Under the pieces are notes generated by a model. The model saw nothing but the letters and a program-made list of their open reading frames with translations, had not been told where the DNA came from and ran no database searches. A stretch of DNA of 64,000 bases, from NCBI GenBank assembly GCA_038116945.1, contig JAYOEY010000011.1, positions 14,480-78,479 of the forward strand. Reading direction: 5' to 3'. Made by a program: the position numbers and the translations under genes. Shown piece after piece: positions 28,649 through 38,037 of the stretch (position 1 is the first letter of the stretch; each line of letters opens with the position of its first letter). The DNA comes from Rhodospirillales bacterium. GTDB taxonomy: Bacteria > Pseudomonadota > Alphaproteobacteria > MPNO01 > UBA2964.

Positions 28649-28774
28649 TAAGAAAGAATGTTCTAAATATATATTTTTTCCATTTTATTTTCCGTATTTA
28701 TTGAATAATTAAGAAATCCTTGCCATAATGCCGGCCTAAAGAGAAATTTTTCCGTTTTCGCCGGGTTATGGGGC
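28649..28774. promoter_or_regulatory. Very AT-rich island (about 75% A+T) in a ~65% GC background; probable promoter/UP-element or nucleoid-protein target
   Basis: Seen directly: ...GATAAGAAAGAATGTTCTAAATATATATTTTTTCCATTTTATTTTCCGTATTTATTGAATAATTAAGAAATCC... Confidence 0.4.
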
Positions 28775-29347
28775 ATGCACGATATTCTCGCTTTTGACGA
28801 TTCTGACACTCAGGGCGCGGCGACGCCGGCAGTGCTGAAATCGTTCTGCCATGCGATCGGTCGGATAACGGCGGAATTGCCGGAAAGCGATATTCCTGCC
28901 GCCGTCGCGTCCCTGCTGCCGTCTCTTCTCTGCTGCCCGGACCTGCTGACGGCGGACCAGCGTCGTTCGCCCGACGACGCCTATGTTCGGCATCCTCTTT
29001 TCCTGTGCCCGGGCGACCGGTTCTCCCTGATGGCTGTCGTCTGGCCGTCGGGAATCCATTCCCCCATTCACGACCATTCCCAGTGGTGCGCCTACGGGGT
29101 CTATGAAGGCGTGGTCGAGGAAACGATTTACGAGGCGGCCGGTATTGAGAACGGCGATGCGCTCGCCAGACCGGTTGCGGTCAATCTGCGCCGTCCCGGC
29201 GACACGGCGCACATGCCTGCCGCTGCAACCCATATCCACCGAATGCACAATCCCGGAGCAGCGCCTGCGATTTCGCTGCATGTCTACGGCGGAAACTGCG
29301 AAAAAACCGGTCCCAACGTGGACACCGTCTACCGGACGAGGTCTTGA
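28775..29347 (+). CDS. Cupin-fold thiol dioxygenase-like protein (cysteine dioxygenase type I family)
   Basis: 190 aa; 3-His cupin site (IHSPIHDHSQW ... HIHRMHNP). Confidence 0.55.
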   Translation: MHDILAFDDSDTQGAATPAVLKSFCHAIGRITAELPESDIPAAVASLLPSLLCCPDLLTADQRRSPDDAYVRHPLFLCPGDRFSLMAVVWPSGIHSPIHDHSQWCAYGVYEGVVEETIYEAAGIENGDALARPVAVNLRRPGDTAHMPAAATHIHRMHNPGAAPAISLHVYGGNCEKTGPNVDTVYRTRS

Positions 29348-29452
29348 CGCACCCCGCATAGTGGGGCAAATCCCCCTGACCGGCGCGGCCGATGGCGTTG
29401 TCCCGGCTGCGTTTCGTTTTTCTGTTTTTCCGAACCGATTTCAGGAGTCGTC

Positions 29453-30466
29453 ATGAGAGCTGTTTGCCTGCACGAACAGGGAAGTATCGACAACCTCGTA
29501 CTGGAGGAGAATTTCCCCGACCCGAAGCCCGGCGAGGGACAGGTCGTCATCCGGGTCAAGGCAACATCCCTGAACTATCATGATGTCTTTACCTGCCGCG
29601 GCATGCCCGGCATCAAGCTTCCGTTGCCGATGATCATCGGTCTCGATATTTCCGGCGAGATCGCCGAAGTCGGGGCCGGCGTGACAGGCTGGAAGACCGG
29701 CGACCGGGTTCTGGTCAACCCGCTGGATCCGACCGATCCGACCAAGGGGCTGATGGGCGAAATGCTCCATGGCGGCAGCGCCGAATACTGCCTGGTCGAT
29801 GCCACGCGCCTGATCGCGATCCCCGACGGATGCAGCTACGAACAGGCCGCGTCCCTGCCGGTCGCCTACGGCACCGCGCACCGCATGATGTTCTCCAACG
29901 GCGGGATCGAGGGCGGCGAACGTGTGCTGATCTTGGGTGCGAGCGGCGGCGTCGGATCCTGCTGCGTCCTGCTCGCCAAGATGATGGGCTGCGAGGTGGT
30001 GGCCTGCGGCAGCACGCAGGAGAAGCTCGATGCGCTGAAAAGCTGGGGCGCGGACCATGTGGTCAACTATGTCGAGGAAGACCTGACCAAATGGATCTGG
30101 AACAAGTTCGACAAGCCGCATCGCCGCAAATACGAGGGCGGCGTCGATGTGGTCATCAACTTTACCGGCGGCGAGACCTGGGTTCCGTCCTTCAAGATGA
30201 CCCGGCGCGGCGGCAAGATTCTGACCTGCGGCGCGACCGCCGGTTTCGATCCCAAGACCGACCTGCGCTATATCTGGACGTTCGAGCTCAAGATTCTGGG
30301 TTCCAACAGCTGGCAGCCGTCCGATCTTGAAACCCTGATGAAGCTGATTGCGGAAGAACGGCTCAAGCCGATCATCGATACGGTTTTGCCGCTGGATCAG
30401 ACCGCGGAAGGCGTGCGCATGCTGGCCGACCGCGAAGTCATCGGAAAGATCGTTATCACGCCGTAA
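29453..30466 (+). CDS. Zn-dependent/MDR-family NAD(P)H oxidoreductase (quinone oxidoreductase-like)
   Basis: 337 aa; GLDISGEIAEVG and GASGGVGS Rossmann motif. Confidence 0.7.
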   Translation: MRAVCLHEQGSIDNLVLEENFPDPKPGEGQVVIRVKATSLNYHDVFTCRGMPGIKLPLPMIIGLDISGEIAEVGAGVTGWKTGDRVLVNPLDPTDPTKGLMGEMLHGGSAEYCLVDATRLIAIPDGCSYEQAASLPVAYGTAHRMMFSNGGIEGGERVLILGASGGVGSCCVLLAKMMGCEVVACGSTQEKLDALKSWGADHVVNYVEEDLTKWIWNKFDKPHRRKYEGGVDVVINFTGGETWVPSFKMTRRGGKILTCGATAGFDPKTDLRYIWTFELKILGSNSWQPSDLETLMKLIAEERLKPIIDTVLPLDQTAEGVRMLADREVIGKIVITP

Positions 30467-30476
30467 GGGGCTCTGG

Positions 30477-31997
30477 ATGACGCCTGAGACCCAAAAAGAG
30501 ACGAGAAACCTGGGCGACGTCTTTGCCGCCCACCGGGACAGCGACAGGATCGCCGTTATTGATCTCTATCGCAGCGAAGCGCCGCGCGAGATCGATTTCC
30601 GGACCCTGAACGCCGAGGTGGATGCGCTGGCGCGCGGTCTGGTCCGCGCCGGTCTCGGCAAGGGCGACAGGGTCGGGATTCTGGCGCTCAACAGGGTTGA
30701 ATTTCTGGAAGTTCTGTTCGGCTCGATGCGCGCGGGCTGCGTGCCGGTGATGATCAACGCCAAGCTGACGGCCGATCAGGTGCGCTATATCGTCGCCGAT
30801 TCCGGTTCGCGGGTGGTGTTCAGCGATGCCGAGTTCGCTCATCTCGGCGCGCCCGAAACGAATATCGTCCGGTTCGATGACGATTACGACGCGTTCAAGG
30901 ACCCCGGACCGTTCGACTCGTTCGTGCCGGGCCCCGAGGACATCGCCGAACAGCCTTACACGTCAGGATCGACCGGCAGGCCGAAGGGCGTGCTGCTGCA
31001 TCATCACGGCCAGTGCTGGATGATCGACCAGCTGGTCGACAGCCGGGACATGTCGGCGGACGATTGCGGCGTGATTTCGGCACCGCTCTATCACAAGAAC
31101 GCGCTTCTGGCGGTCAAGTCTGCGCTGGCGCCGGGCGGCCGCGTGGTGCTGCTGCCGCGTTTCGACGTCGAACTCTATATCCGCAGCATCGAACGATACC
31201 GTCTCACCATGCTGACGGGCGTGCCGACCATGTATGCGCTGATGCTGCAGCAGGAAGAGCTCCTGGAGGCAACGGACCGCAGCTCGGTGCGCGCGATGAG
31301 CATGGGATCGGCGCCGGCGTCCGAGGTCCTGCTCGATCGGCTGCAGGAAAAATTCCCCAGCGCGCGGATCAACCTGAATTACGGCATTACGGAAGGCGGA
31401 CCGGTGCTGCTTTCGTGGAAGCATCCCGACGGCATTCCGCGGCCGCGCGTTTCGGTCGGCTATCCGCTGCCCGACGTTGAAGTCCGGTTCGAGGACGGGC
31501 CGGATGAAAACCAGGGCATTCTCCACACGAGAAATCCGGGCGTCATGCTGGGCTATCACAATCTGCCGGCGGAAAGCGCGAAGGCGTTGAAGGACGGCTG
31601 GCTCGATACCGGCGATATCCTGCGCCGCGACGCCGACGGATGGTTCTATTTCGTCGGCCGCGCCGACGACATGTTCGTCACCGGCGGCGAAAACATTTAT
31701 CCGGGCGATGTGGAGACCATGCTGGAACGCCACGATGCGATCATGCAGGCGGTTGTGGTGCCCGCGCCGAACATGCTGAAGGCGCATGTTCCCCATGCTT
31801 TCATCGTGCTGCGCGACGGAGAGACGCTGACCGAGGAAGAGGTCAAGAAGTTTGCGCTCTCCAACGCGCCGGCCTACGCGCACCCGCGCCGGGTATTTTT
31901 CGTTGAAGCGTTGCCGCTCGCCGGCACCAACAAGATCGACCGCAAGCTGCTGATCGAACGCGCGACCGAAGCCGCCGAGGCTGACGGAACCGCTTAA
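30477..31997 (+). CDS. AMP-dependent synthetase/ligase (acyl-CoA ligase)
   Basis: 506 aa from ATG 30477; YTSGSTGRPKGV, GYGITEGG, C-terminal GTNKIDRK. Confidence 0.75.
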   Translation: MTPETQKETRNLGDVFAAHRDSDRIAVIDLYRSEAPREIDFRTLNAEVDALARGLVRAGLGKGDRVGILALNRVEFLEVLFGSMRAGCVPVMINAKLTADQVRYIVADSGSRVVFSDAEFAHLGAPETNIVRFDDDYDAFKDPGPFDSFVPGPEDIAEQPYTSGSTGRPKGVLLHHHGQCWMIDQLVDSRDMSADDCGVISAPLYHKNALLAVKSALAPGGRVVLLPRFDVELYIRSIERYRLTMLTGVPTMYALMLQQEELLEATDRSSVRAMSMGSAPASEVLLDRLQEKFPSARINLNYGITEGGPVLLSWKHPDGIPRPRVSVGYPLPDVEVRFEDGPDENQGILHTRNPGVMLGYHNLPAESAKALKDGWLDTGDILRRDADGWFYFVGRADDMFVTGGENIYPGDVETMLERHDAIMQAVVVPAPNMLKAHVPHAFIVLRDGETLTEEEVKKFALSNAPAYAHPRRVFFVEALPLAGTNKIDRKLLIERATEAAEADGTA

Positions 31998-32012
31998 AGG
32001 GGGCTGGCGCCC

Positions 32013-32519
32013 ATGGATTCCAACCTGACCAAGATCCTGGCCTTCGTCGCGGTAATGCTGCTGGGGTTCCTGCTGTCGCATGCGGTGTTCGGCAGTACCC
32101 CTGCAACGGTATCGGGGGCTCAGGCTCGCGCGCTGGAAGAAATCAACAGGTTCCGGAATCAGAACGGTCATGCGGACCTTGCGCATGACGAGCGTCTCGA
32201 CAGGGCGGCGAAGAGCCACGCGACGGCGATGGCGGTGGAGGATTTTTTCAGCCACACCGGCGCCGACGGATCGATCATTGGCGAGCGTGTCAGCCGGGCC
32301 GGATATGTCTGGCGGCTGGTTGCAGAAAATATCGCGGCGGGTATCGATGACCCCGTGAAGGTCGTCGCGATGTGGATCGCCAGCCCCGGTCACCGGAAAA
32401 ACATGCTGATGCCCGGTCTGGTCCATGCCGGGCTGGCCCACGTGCGCCGCGATCCCGATCCGGGCGCGGTCGATTACCGGGATTACTGGGTTCTCGTCCT
32501 CGCCGCGCCGGCGAAGTAG
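32013..32519 (+). CDS. CAP/SCP/PR1-like domain secreted protein
   Basis: 168 aa; signal/TM anchor then HTGADGS...GENIAAG...SPGHRKNML CAP motifs; 15 nt after the ligase stop. Confidence 0.6.
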   Translation: MDSNLTKILAFVAVMLLGFLLSHAVFGSTPATVSGAQARALEEINRFRNQNGHADLAHDERLDRAAKSHATAMAVEDFFSHTGADGSIIGERVSRAGYVWRLVAENIAAGIDDPVKVVAMWIASPGHRKNMLMPGLVHAGLAHVRRDPDPGAVDYRDYWVLVLAAPAK

Positions 32520-32524
32520 GGCGA

Positions 32525-33376
32525 TCAGCCCTCTTTCAGCGCCTCGATATAGGCCGGTACGCCGAAGGCGGCCCGATGCACCGCCGGCGTGTAATAGCCG
32601 GTCTCAAAGCCGGCGCGCGCGTACCGGGCTTCCAGGACATCGAGCGGCGTCTGGCGCGGTTCGGTGCTGTGACATCCCCAGCCGAGCGTCATGAATCCGG
32701 CGGCATAGGTCGGCACCTGTGTGACGTAGAGCGCCGGGTCGGCGAAGAATTTCTTCATGCGCCGGAAGGTGCCGCGGGCTTCCTCGAGCTGCATGAACGC
32801 AACGCCGCTCTGGGTGACCAGAATGCCTTTATCGGTCAGGCAGCGCGCGCAGTTTCCGTAGAACTCGTCAGTGAACAGAACCTCGCCGGGGCCGATCGGG
32901 TCGGTCGAATCGACGATGATGACGTCGAATTTTTCATCGGTTTCGGAGACGAACTTGATTCCGTCCATGAAGCGGACATCGGCGCGCGGATCGTCGAAGG
33001 CGCCGTCGCTCAGCGTCGGCATGTGTTCGCGGCAGATATCGACCACCGTTTCGTCGAGCTCGATCATGATCGGCGCAACGCCGGGATGCTTCAGGACTTC
33101 CCGTAACACGCCGCCGTCGCCGCCGCCGATGATGAGAACCCGCTCTGCCTCGCCGTGCGCGAAAATCGGCACGTGCGTGATCATGTCGTGATAGCAGAAC
33201 TCGTCCTTTTCGGTGGTCTGTACGACCCCGTCCAGCGCAAGCACGCGCCCGAAATGCTCGTTCTGGAAGATGACGGCTTCCTGAAACGCGGTGCGGCCGC
33301 GAAAGAGGATCTCGTCGATTTTCAGATTTTGCCGGAAACCCGGATAAAGGGTTTCGGCAAACCAGCCTTCCGTCAC
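32525..33376 (-). CDS. speE: Polyamine aminopropyltransferase (spermidine synthase)
   Basis: 283 aa; VLIIGGGDGGVLREV and IIVDSTDPIGPG motifs. Confidence 0.85.
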   Translation of the reverse strand: MTEGWFAETLYPGFRQNLKIDEILFRGRTAFQEAVIFQNEHFGRVLALDGVVQTTEKDEFCYHDMITHVPIFAHGEAERVLIIGGGDGGVLREVLKHPGVAPIMIELDETVVDICREHMPTLSDGAFDDPRADVRFMDGIKFVSETDEKFDVIIVDSTDPIGPGEVLFTDEFYGNCARCLTDKGILVTQSGVAFMQLEEARGTFRRMKKFFADPALYVTQVPTYAAGFMTLGWGCHSTEPRQTPLDVLEARYARAGFETGYYTPAVHRAAFGVPAYIEALKEG

Positions 33377-33837
33377 TCCACCAGGCCCCGGCGTTCGAGA
33401 CTGGTCTTCATCTCGCCAGGACGGAAATAGCGCCGCAAAACGGGAAGGGCCTTTTCAGGGTCGCATTCGCCGCACATGAAGACGTCGAAGGCGGCAAACC
33501 CGCGCTCCGGCCATGTGTGGACGCTGATATGCGATTCGGCGAGGACCGCAACGCCGGAAATGCCTCCGCCTTCGGTGAAACGGTGCAGGTGGATATGCAG
33601 CAGCGTCGCGCCGCATACGTCGATGGCCTCGCGCAGTGCTGTTTCAATCAGCTCCTGATTGTCCAGATTGGAAGCGCCCCAGAGATCGGCGAGCACGTGA
33701 GATCCGGCATAAACCTGACCGTCGCGCACGATAAAATAATCCTTGGGAGCGTTCGTATCGTTTGCCGGCGCATCGGCGGGAAGGGATTCATGCGCGAGCA
33801 AGGATTTCTGGACCATCCATGTTCCTCCAATCGACAA
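33373..33837 (-). CDS. speH: S-adenosylmethionine decarboxylase proenzyme (pyruvoyl-dependent, SpeH type)
   Basis: ESHISVHTWPE self-cleavage motif; 4-nt overlap with speE. Confidence 0.8.
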   Translation of the reverse strand: MSIGGTWMVQKSLLAHESLPADAPANDTNAPKDYFIVRDGQVYAGSHVLADLWGASNLDNQELIETALREAIDVCGATLLHIHLHRFTEGGGISGVAVLAESHISVHTWPERGFAAFDVFMCGECDPEKALPVLRRYFRPGEMKTSLERRGLVE

Positions 33838-33967
33838 GAACTGTCGGGGATTACGCCGAAAACAGGCCGCGTTGTTTCGCCCATAAATCTTCGCAATGCA
33901 AGTGAATATTTCAGGTTTTTTGCGGCTGGCGGAATCGGTCCGGGGGCGCTTCCGTCGGGCCGGGAAA

Positions 33968-35398
33968 CTACAGGATCTTCCCTGGATTCATGATGCCCCT
34001 GGGGTCGAGCGCATGTTTGATCGATTCCATGACGTCGATGGCGACCGGCGACTTGTAATGGCGCAATTCCTGACGTTTCAGAAGGCCGATTCCATGCTCC
34101 GCGCTGATCGAGCCGCGGAGGCCCGTCGCAATGTCGTGGACGATCCGGTTCAGCTCTTCCTGTCGCGCCATGAAGGCGGCGCCATCGGCTTCCGGGGGCT
34201 GGTTCAGGTTGTAGTGAACGTTGCCGTCGCCGATATGGCCGAACGAACAGATCTTTACGCCCGGCACCGCCTCCGAAACGGCCTTGTTGGCGCGCTCCAG
34301 GAAGACGGGCACCTGCGATACGGGGATCGAAATGTCGTGTTTGATTCCCTTTCCCGCAATCTGCTGCGCCTCCGGAATGGTCTCGCGCAGCTTCCAGAAA
34401 TCCTTTGCCTGAGCCCGGCTTTCGGCGATGGTCGCGTCCAGTACTTCGCCGCGTTCCATCGCGTCGGCGAGGATCGTTTCCAGCGTTTCCCGGAGCGTGC
34501 CGTCGTCATGTCCGGAAGACAGCTCGATCAGAAGATATTCCGGCCATTCCTGCGACAGCGGATCGCGCGTGTCGGGGATATGGTCGAGCACGAACGAGAT
34601 ACCGGTTCGTGCCATCCATTCGAAGGTCGTGACCCTGTCGCCGCTCGCGGTGCGCGCCCGAGCGAGAATTTCGATGGCGGCCGAGGCATCCCGAACCGCG
34701 GCGAACGCGGTTTGAACATCCCGCGGCCGGGGAAAGAGCTTCAGAACCGCCGCCGTGATGATGCCGAGCGTCCCTTCGCCGCCGATGAAAAGCTGTTTCA
34801 GGTCGTACCCGGTATTGTCCTTGCGAAGGGCGGAAAGCCCGTCCCAGATCCTGCCATCCGGCAGGACGACTTCGAGCCCCAGCGCCAGGTCGCGCGCGTT
34901 GCCGTAGCGCAGCACGCCCGTACCGCCCGCGTTGGTAGACAGGTTGCCGCCGATCCGTGCCGTTCCCTCCGCGCCGAGGCTGAGGGGAAACAGCCGGTCG
35001 GCTTCCTCCGCCGCCTTCTGGATATCGGCGAGGATCACGCCTGCTTCCACCGTCATGGTATAGTTGAGCGGGTCGACATCGCGGATCCGGTTCATCCGCG
35101 TCAGGCTCAGGATGATCTCGCTGTTGTCGTCATGCGGCGTGGCGCCGCCGCAAAGACCCGTATTGCCGCCCTGCGGAACGATCGGCGTGCCGGTTTCGGC
35201 GCAGATCGCGACGATCTCCGAAACTTCTTTCGTGCTGGCCGGACGAACCACCATCGGGGTACGGCCTTCGTAATATTTCCGCTGATCGAGAACGTAGGGC
35301 GCGATCTCGGAAGGGTCGGTAATCAGGCCCTTCTCGCCGACGATTGCGGCGATGCGGTCGAGCACGGTCTGACTGACGGGATGGGCTGGAGCGTCCAC
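33968..35398 (-). CDS. FAD-linked oxidase (GlcD / D-2-hydroxyacid dehydrogenase family)
   Basis: 476 aa; FAD-binding PCMH domain (VVRPASTKEVSEIVAICAETGTPIVPQGGNTGL) and C-terminal oxidase domain. Confidence 0.75.
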   Translation of the reverse strand: MDAPAHPVSQTVLDRIAAIVGEKGLITDPSEIAPYVLDQRKYYEGRTPMVVRPASTKEVSEIVAICAETGTPIVPQGGNTGLCGGATPHDDNSEIILSLTRMNRIRDVDPLNYTMTVEAGVILADIQKAAEEADRLFPLSLGAEGTARIGGNLSTNAGGTGVLRYGNARDLALGLEVVLPDGRIWDGLSALRKDNTGYDLKQLFIGGEGTLGIITAAVLKLFPRPRDVQTAFAAVRDASAAIEILARARTASGDRVTTFEWMARTGISFVLDHIPDTRDPLSQEWPEYLLIELSSGHDDGTLRETLETILADAMERGEVLDATIAESRAQAKDFWKLRETIPEAQQIAGKGIKHDISIPVSQVPVFLERANKAVSEAVPGVKICSFGHIGDGNVHYNLNQPPEADGAAFMARQEELNRIVHDIATGLRGSISAEHGIGLLKRQELRHYKSPVAIDVMESIKHALDPRGIMNPGKIL

Positions 35399-35458
35399 GG
35401 ATTTCCTCGTTTTGTACGACAGGCAGACTTAGCCGATAGGCTTAATTCCGGCAAGCCA

Positions 35459-36403
35459 TTAGCCGTGAGCGGCCCGGCGCAGTCGGTCGTTGATGGCCGC
35501 GCCGAGGCCGCTTTCCGGGATGGGCATGACGGCAATACCGGCCGCGTTGAGGGTGTCCAGGCGCCGCATCATGGCGAACAGGTTGGCGGCTGCCTCCCTC
35601 AGATCGCCCGACGGGCTCAGGTTTTCCACAAGATCGGCGCCGTCCGGGACATCGGTCCCGAAAGCCAGCAATGCTTCTCCGGTGCCGACTTCTGTCGCGT
35701 TCAGCCTGAGCGGCGTCTGCGTGGCGTAGTGGCTCGCCAGCTGGCCGGGCGAGCGCGGGTGCGCCTCATCGCCAGCCTCGGCAATCTCTCCCATGGTCTC
35801 CGCCAGTTCGGCCTTCGTCACGCCGCCCGGTCGCAGAATTGCCGGAAGGCTCCCCGTCAGGTCCAGTACCGTCGATTCCACGCCGACCGAACAAGGGCCG
35901 CCGTCGAGGATCAGGTCCACCGCTTCGCCGAGCGACTCCGCTACATGATCCGGCGTTGTCGGGCTGACGGCCCCCGACCGGTTTGCGCTCGGTGCGGCAA
36001 TGGGCCGGTCGGCGCGCGTTATCAAGGCGAGGGCGACCGGATGCGCTGGAATACGGATTGCCAGCGTGTCCAGACCGGCGCCCGCAAGAAGGCTGACGGG
36101 GCAGTCTTTCCGGCGCGGCAGGACGAGCGTCAGCGGTCCGGGCCAGAATTTTTTCGCCAACCGATCGGCGCGGCCATCGAAATGAACCAGGGCCCGGGCT
36201 GCGGCCGGGGTGGCGACGTGGACGATCAGCGGGTTGAATGCCGGCCTGCCCTTGGCGGCGAAGACCGCGGCGACGGCCTCGCCGTTGGTGGCGTCGCAGC
36301 CTAGCCCGTAGACGGTTTCCGTCGGGATGGCGACGAGCAGACCGGACCGGATGAGCGCGGCCGCCTCGCCGATCGCTGTTTCTGTGGCAGCGGCGATCTT
36401 CAG
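35459..36403 (-). CDS. L-threonylcarbamoyladenylate synthase (Sua5/YciO/YrdC/TsaC family, with Sua5 C-terminal domain)
   Basis: AIPTETVYGLGCDA signature; no ATG/GTG start clear of cysQ, so a start at CTG 36403 is inferred; the ORF track opens at 36535. Confidence 0.65.
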   Translation of the reverse strand: MKIAAATETAIGEAAALIRSGLLVAIPTETVYGLGCDATNGEAVAAVFAAKGRPAFNPLIVHVATPAAARALVHFDGRADRLAKKFWPGPLTLVLPRRKDCPVSLLAGAGLDTLAIRIPAHPVALALITRADRPIAAPSANRSGAVSPTTPDHVAESLGEAVDLILDGGPCSVGVESTVLDLTGSLPAILRPGGVTKAELAETMGEIAEAGDEAHPRSPGQLASHYATQTPLRLNATEVGTGEALLAFGTDVPDGADLVENLSPSGDLREAAANLFAMMRRLDTLNAAGIAVMPIPESGLGAAINDRLRRAAHG

Positions 36404-37173
36404 GAGTCGCGTCCCCGGGCGATGAATTCCGGATTCAGCAAATGGTCCTTGCCGTAGGACAGCTCCTCGCCCGAGAGTGTCCGGACCGAACCGCCCGCCG
36501 CCGACAGGACCGCGTGGGCGGCTGCCGTGTCCCATTCCCTGGTATGGCCGTAGCGCGGATAAACATCGGCCTTGCCCTCAGCGATCAGGCAGAACTTGAT
36601 CGAGCTGCCCGTGATGAGCATGCGGTCGATGGCAAGCGAACTCATCAGCTCCTGAATGCGTTTCTGGTCGCCGTGCGACCGGCTCGCGGTCACTACCGCG
36701 CCTGCCGCGGGCATGGCGCGTGCCGAGAGCGCCTGGGTGCCCGAGTTCCCTTCTTTCTTCGTCGCGATTCCTGAAATGTCGCCGGCATAGGTAATGCCCT
36801 GCGCCGGCACATGAACGACGCCCATGGTCGGCCGACCGTCTTCGATGAGCCCGATATTGACAGTGAACTCGTCGCGTCTGGCGATGAATTCCCTTGTGCC
36901 GTCCAGCGGGTCGACCAGCCAGAACGGACCCGATCCCACCTCTGCCGTGATGCCCTGGGACGATTCTTCCTCGCCGATGGCCGGGATGTCGGGCGTCATG
37001 GCGCGAAGACCGGCCATGATGTGCGCTTCGGCCCGCTCGTCGGCCACGGTAACCGGCGAGCCGTCGCCCTTTTCCTCGACATCGAAACCCGCATTGTAGA
37101 TGTCGAGGATCAGCGCGCCGGCTTCTTCCGCAAGACGCACGATCGCGGCCAGCATTTCTTCACGGTTATCCAT
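36400..37173 (-). CDS. cysQ: 3'(2'),5'-bisphosphate nucleotidase / inositol monophosphatase family (CysQ-like)
   Basis: 257 aa; WLVDPLDGTREF and IMPase-fold motifs. Confidence 0.7.
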   Translation of the reverse strand: MDNREEMLAAIVRLAEEAGALILDIYNAGFDVEEKGDGSPVTVADERAEAHIMAGLRAMTPDIPAIGEEESSQGITAEVGSGPFWLVDPLDGTREFIARRDEFTVNIGLIEDGRPTMGVVHVPAQGITYAGDISGIATKKEGNSGTQALSARAMPAAGAVVTASRSHGDQKRIQELMSSLAIDRMLITGSSIKFCLIAEGKADVYPRYGHTREWDTAAAHAVLSAAGGSVRTLSGEELSYGKDHLLNPEFIARGRDS

Positions 37174-37194
37174 GTCGGGATTGTACCGGTTTCG

Positions 37195-38037
37195 TCACGT
37201 TACGCGGGGACGCGTGACCGGAAGCGCTCCCCATGCGGCGGGCCCGCCCGCCGCCTTCGCGGCGTCTTCGTCGGGAAGCGCCGGGTCCCAGTCCCGGCCG
37301 ATGAAACGGCGGCGGGTGACCCCGTCGGACGCATTGGACGCCAGCCAGCGGATCGGTGCAATCATGACCTCCGGCTTGTTGAGCCGGCTCCGGTCGAGCG
37401 ATGAGTGTGCCGGTATCATCTGCGTGTCGGCGGCGCCGCCCGGAATCAGGACGTTGACGGTGACGCCGGTGCCGTCGAGATCTTCCGCCCAGCTGGCCGC
37501 GGCGGCTTCGATCGCCGCCTTCGACTGGCCGTAGGGCATGTTGCCGCCGCGCATCATCGAATCCAGGCTGGTCGTCACGCAGACGATGCGGCCCCAGCCC
37601 TGCGCCATCATGTGATGCACAACCGCCTGCGACATCAGGAAGGTTCCGGTCACATTGACATCCATCAGCGCCTGGAAGCGGTCGGGCGGGTATTCCCAGA
37701 ATTTGGGCGGCCTGTCGGTGAAGTCCTCGCTGATGAACCGCATGCCGATGGCGGCATTGTTAACGAGCACGTGCAGCCCGCCTAGTTCATCGATGGTGCG
37801 TTCAACCGCGACCCGGCATTCCGACTGGTTGGCGATGCTGCAGGAAATCGCGATGGCGGATTCGTCGCCGTGCGCGTTCCGGATCTCGCTGGCTACTGCT
37901 TCGGCGGAAGCGCGGTCGATGTCGAGAACGGCGACGCGCGCACCGCATTCCGCAAGGCCGAGCGCCATCGCCCCGCCGAGACCGCCGCCTCCGCCGGTTA
38001 CGATGACGCTTTTGCCCCGCAGATCGGGTTTTCCCAT
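37195..38037 (-). CDS. SDR-family oxidoreductase with C-terminal extension
   Basis: TGGGGGLG Rossmann, NNAA, YGQSK catalytic motif; paralogue of the adjacent gene. Confidence 0.75.
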   Translation of the reverse strand: MGKPDLRGKSVIVTGGGGGLGGAMALGLAECGARVAVLDIDRASAEAVASEIRNAHGDESAIAISCSIANQSECRVAVERTIDELGGLHVLVNNAAIGMRFISEDFTDRPPKFWEYPPDRFQALMDVNVTGTFLMSQAVVHHMMAQGWGRIVCVTTSLDSMMRGGNMPYGQSKAAIEAAAASWAEDLDGTGVTVNVLIPGGAADTQMIPAHSSLDRSRLNKPEVMIAPIRWLASNASDGVTRRRFIGRDWDPALPDEDAAKAAGGPAAWGALPVTRPRVT

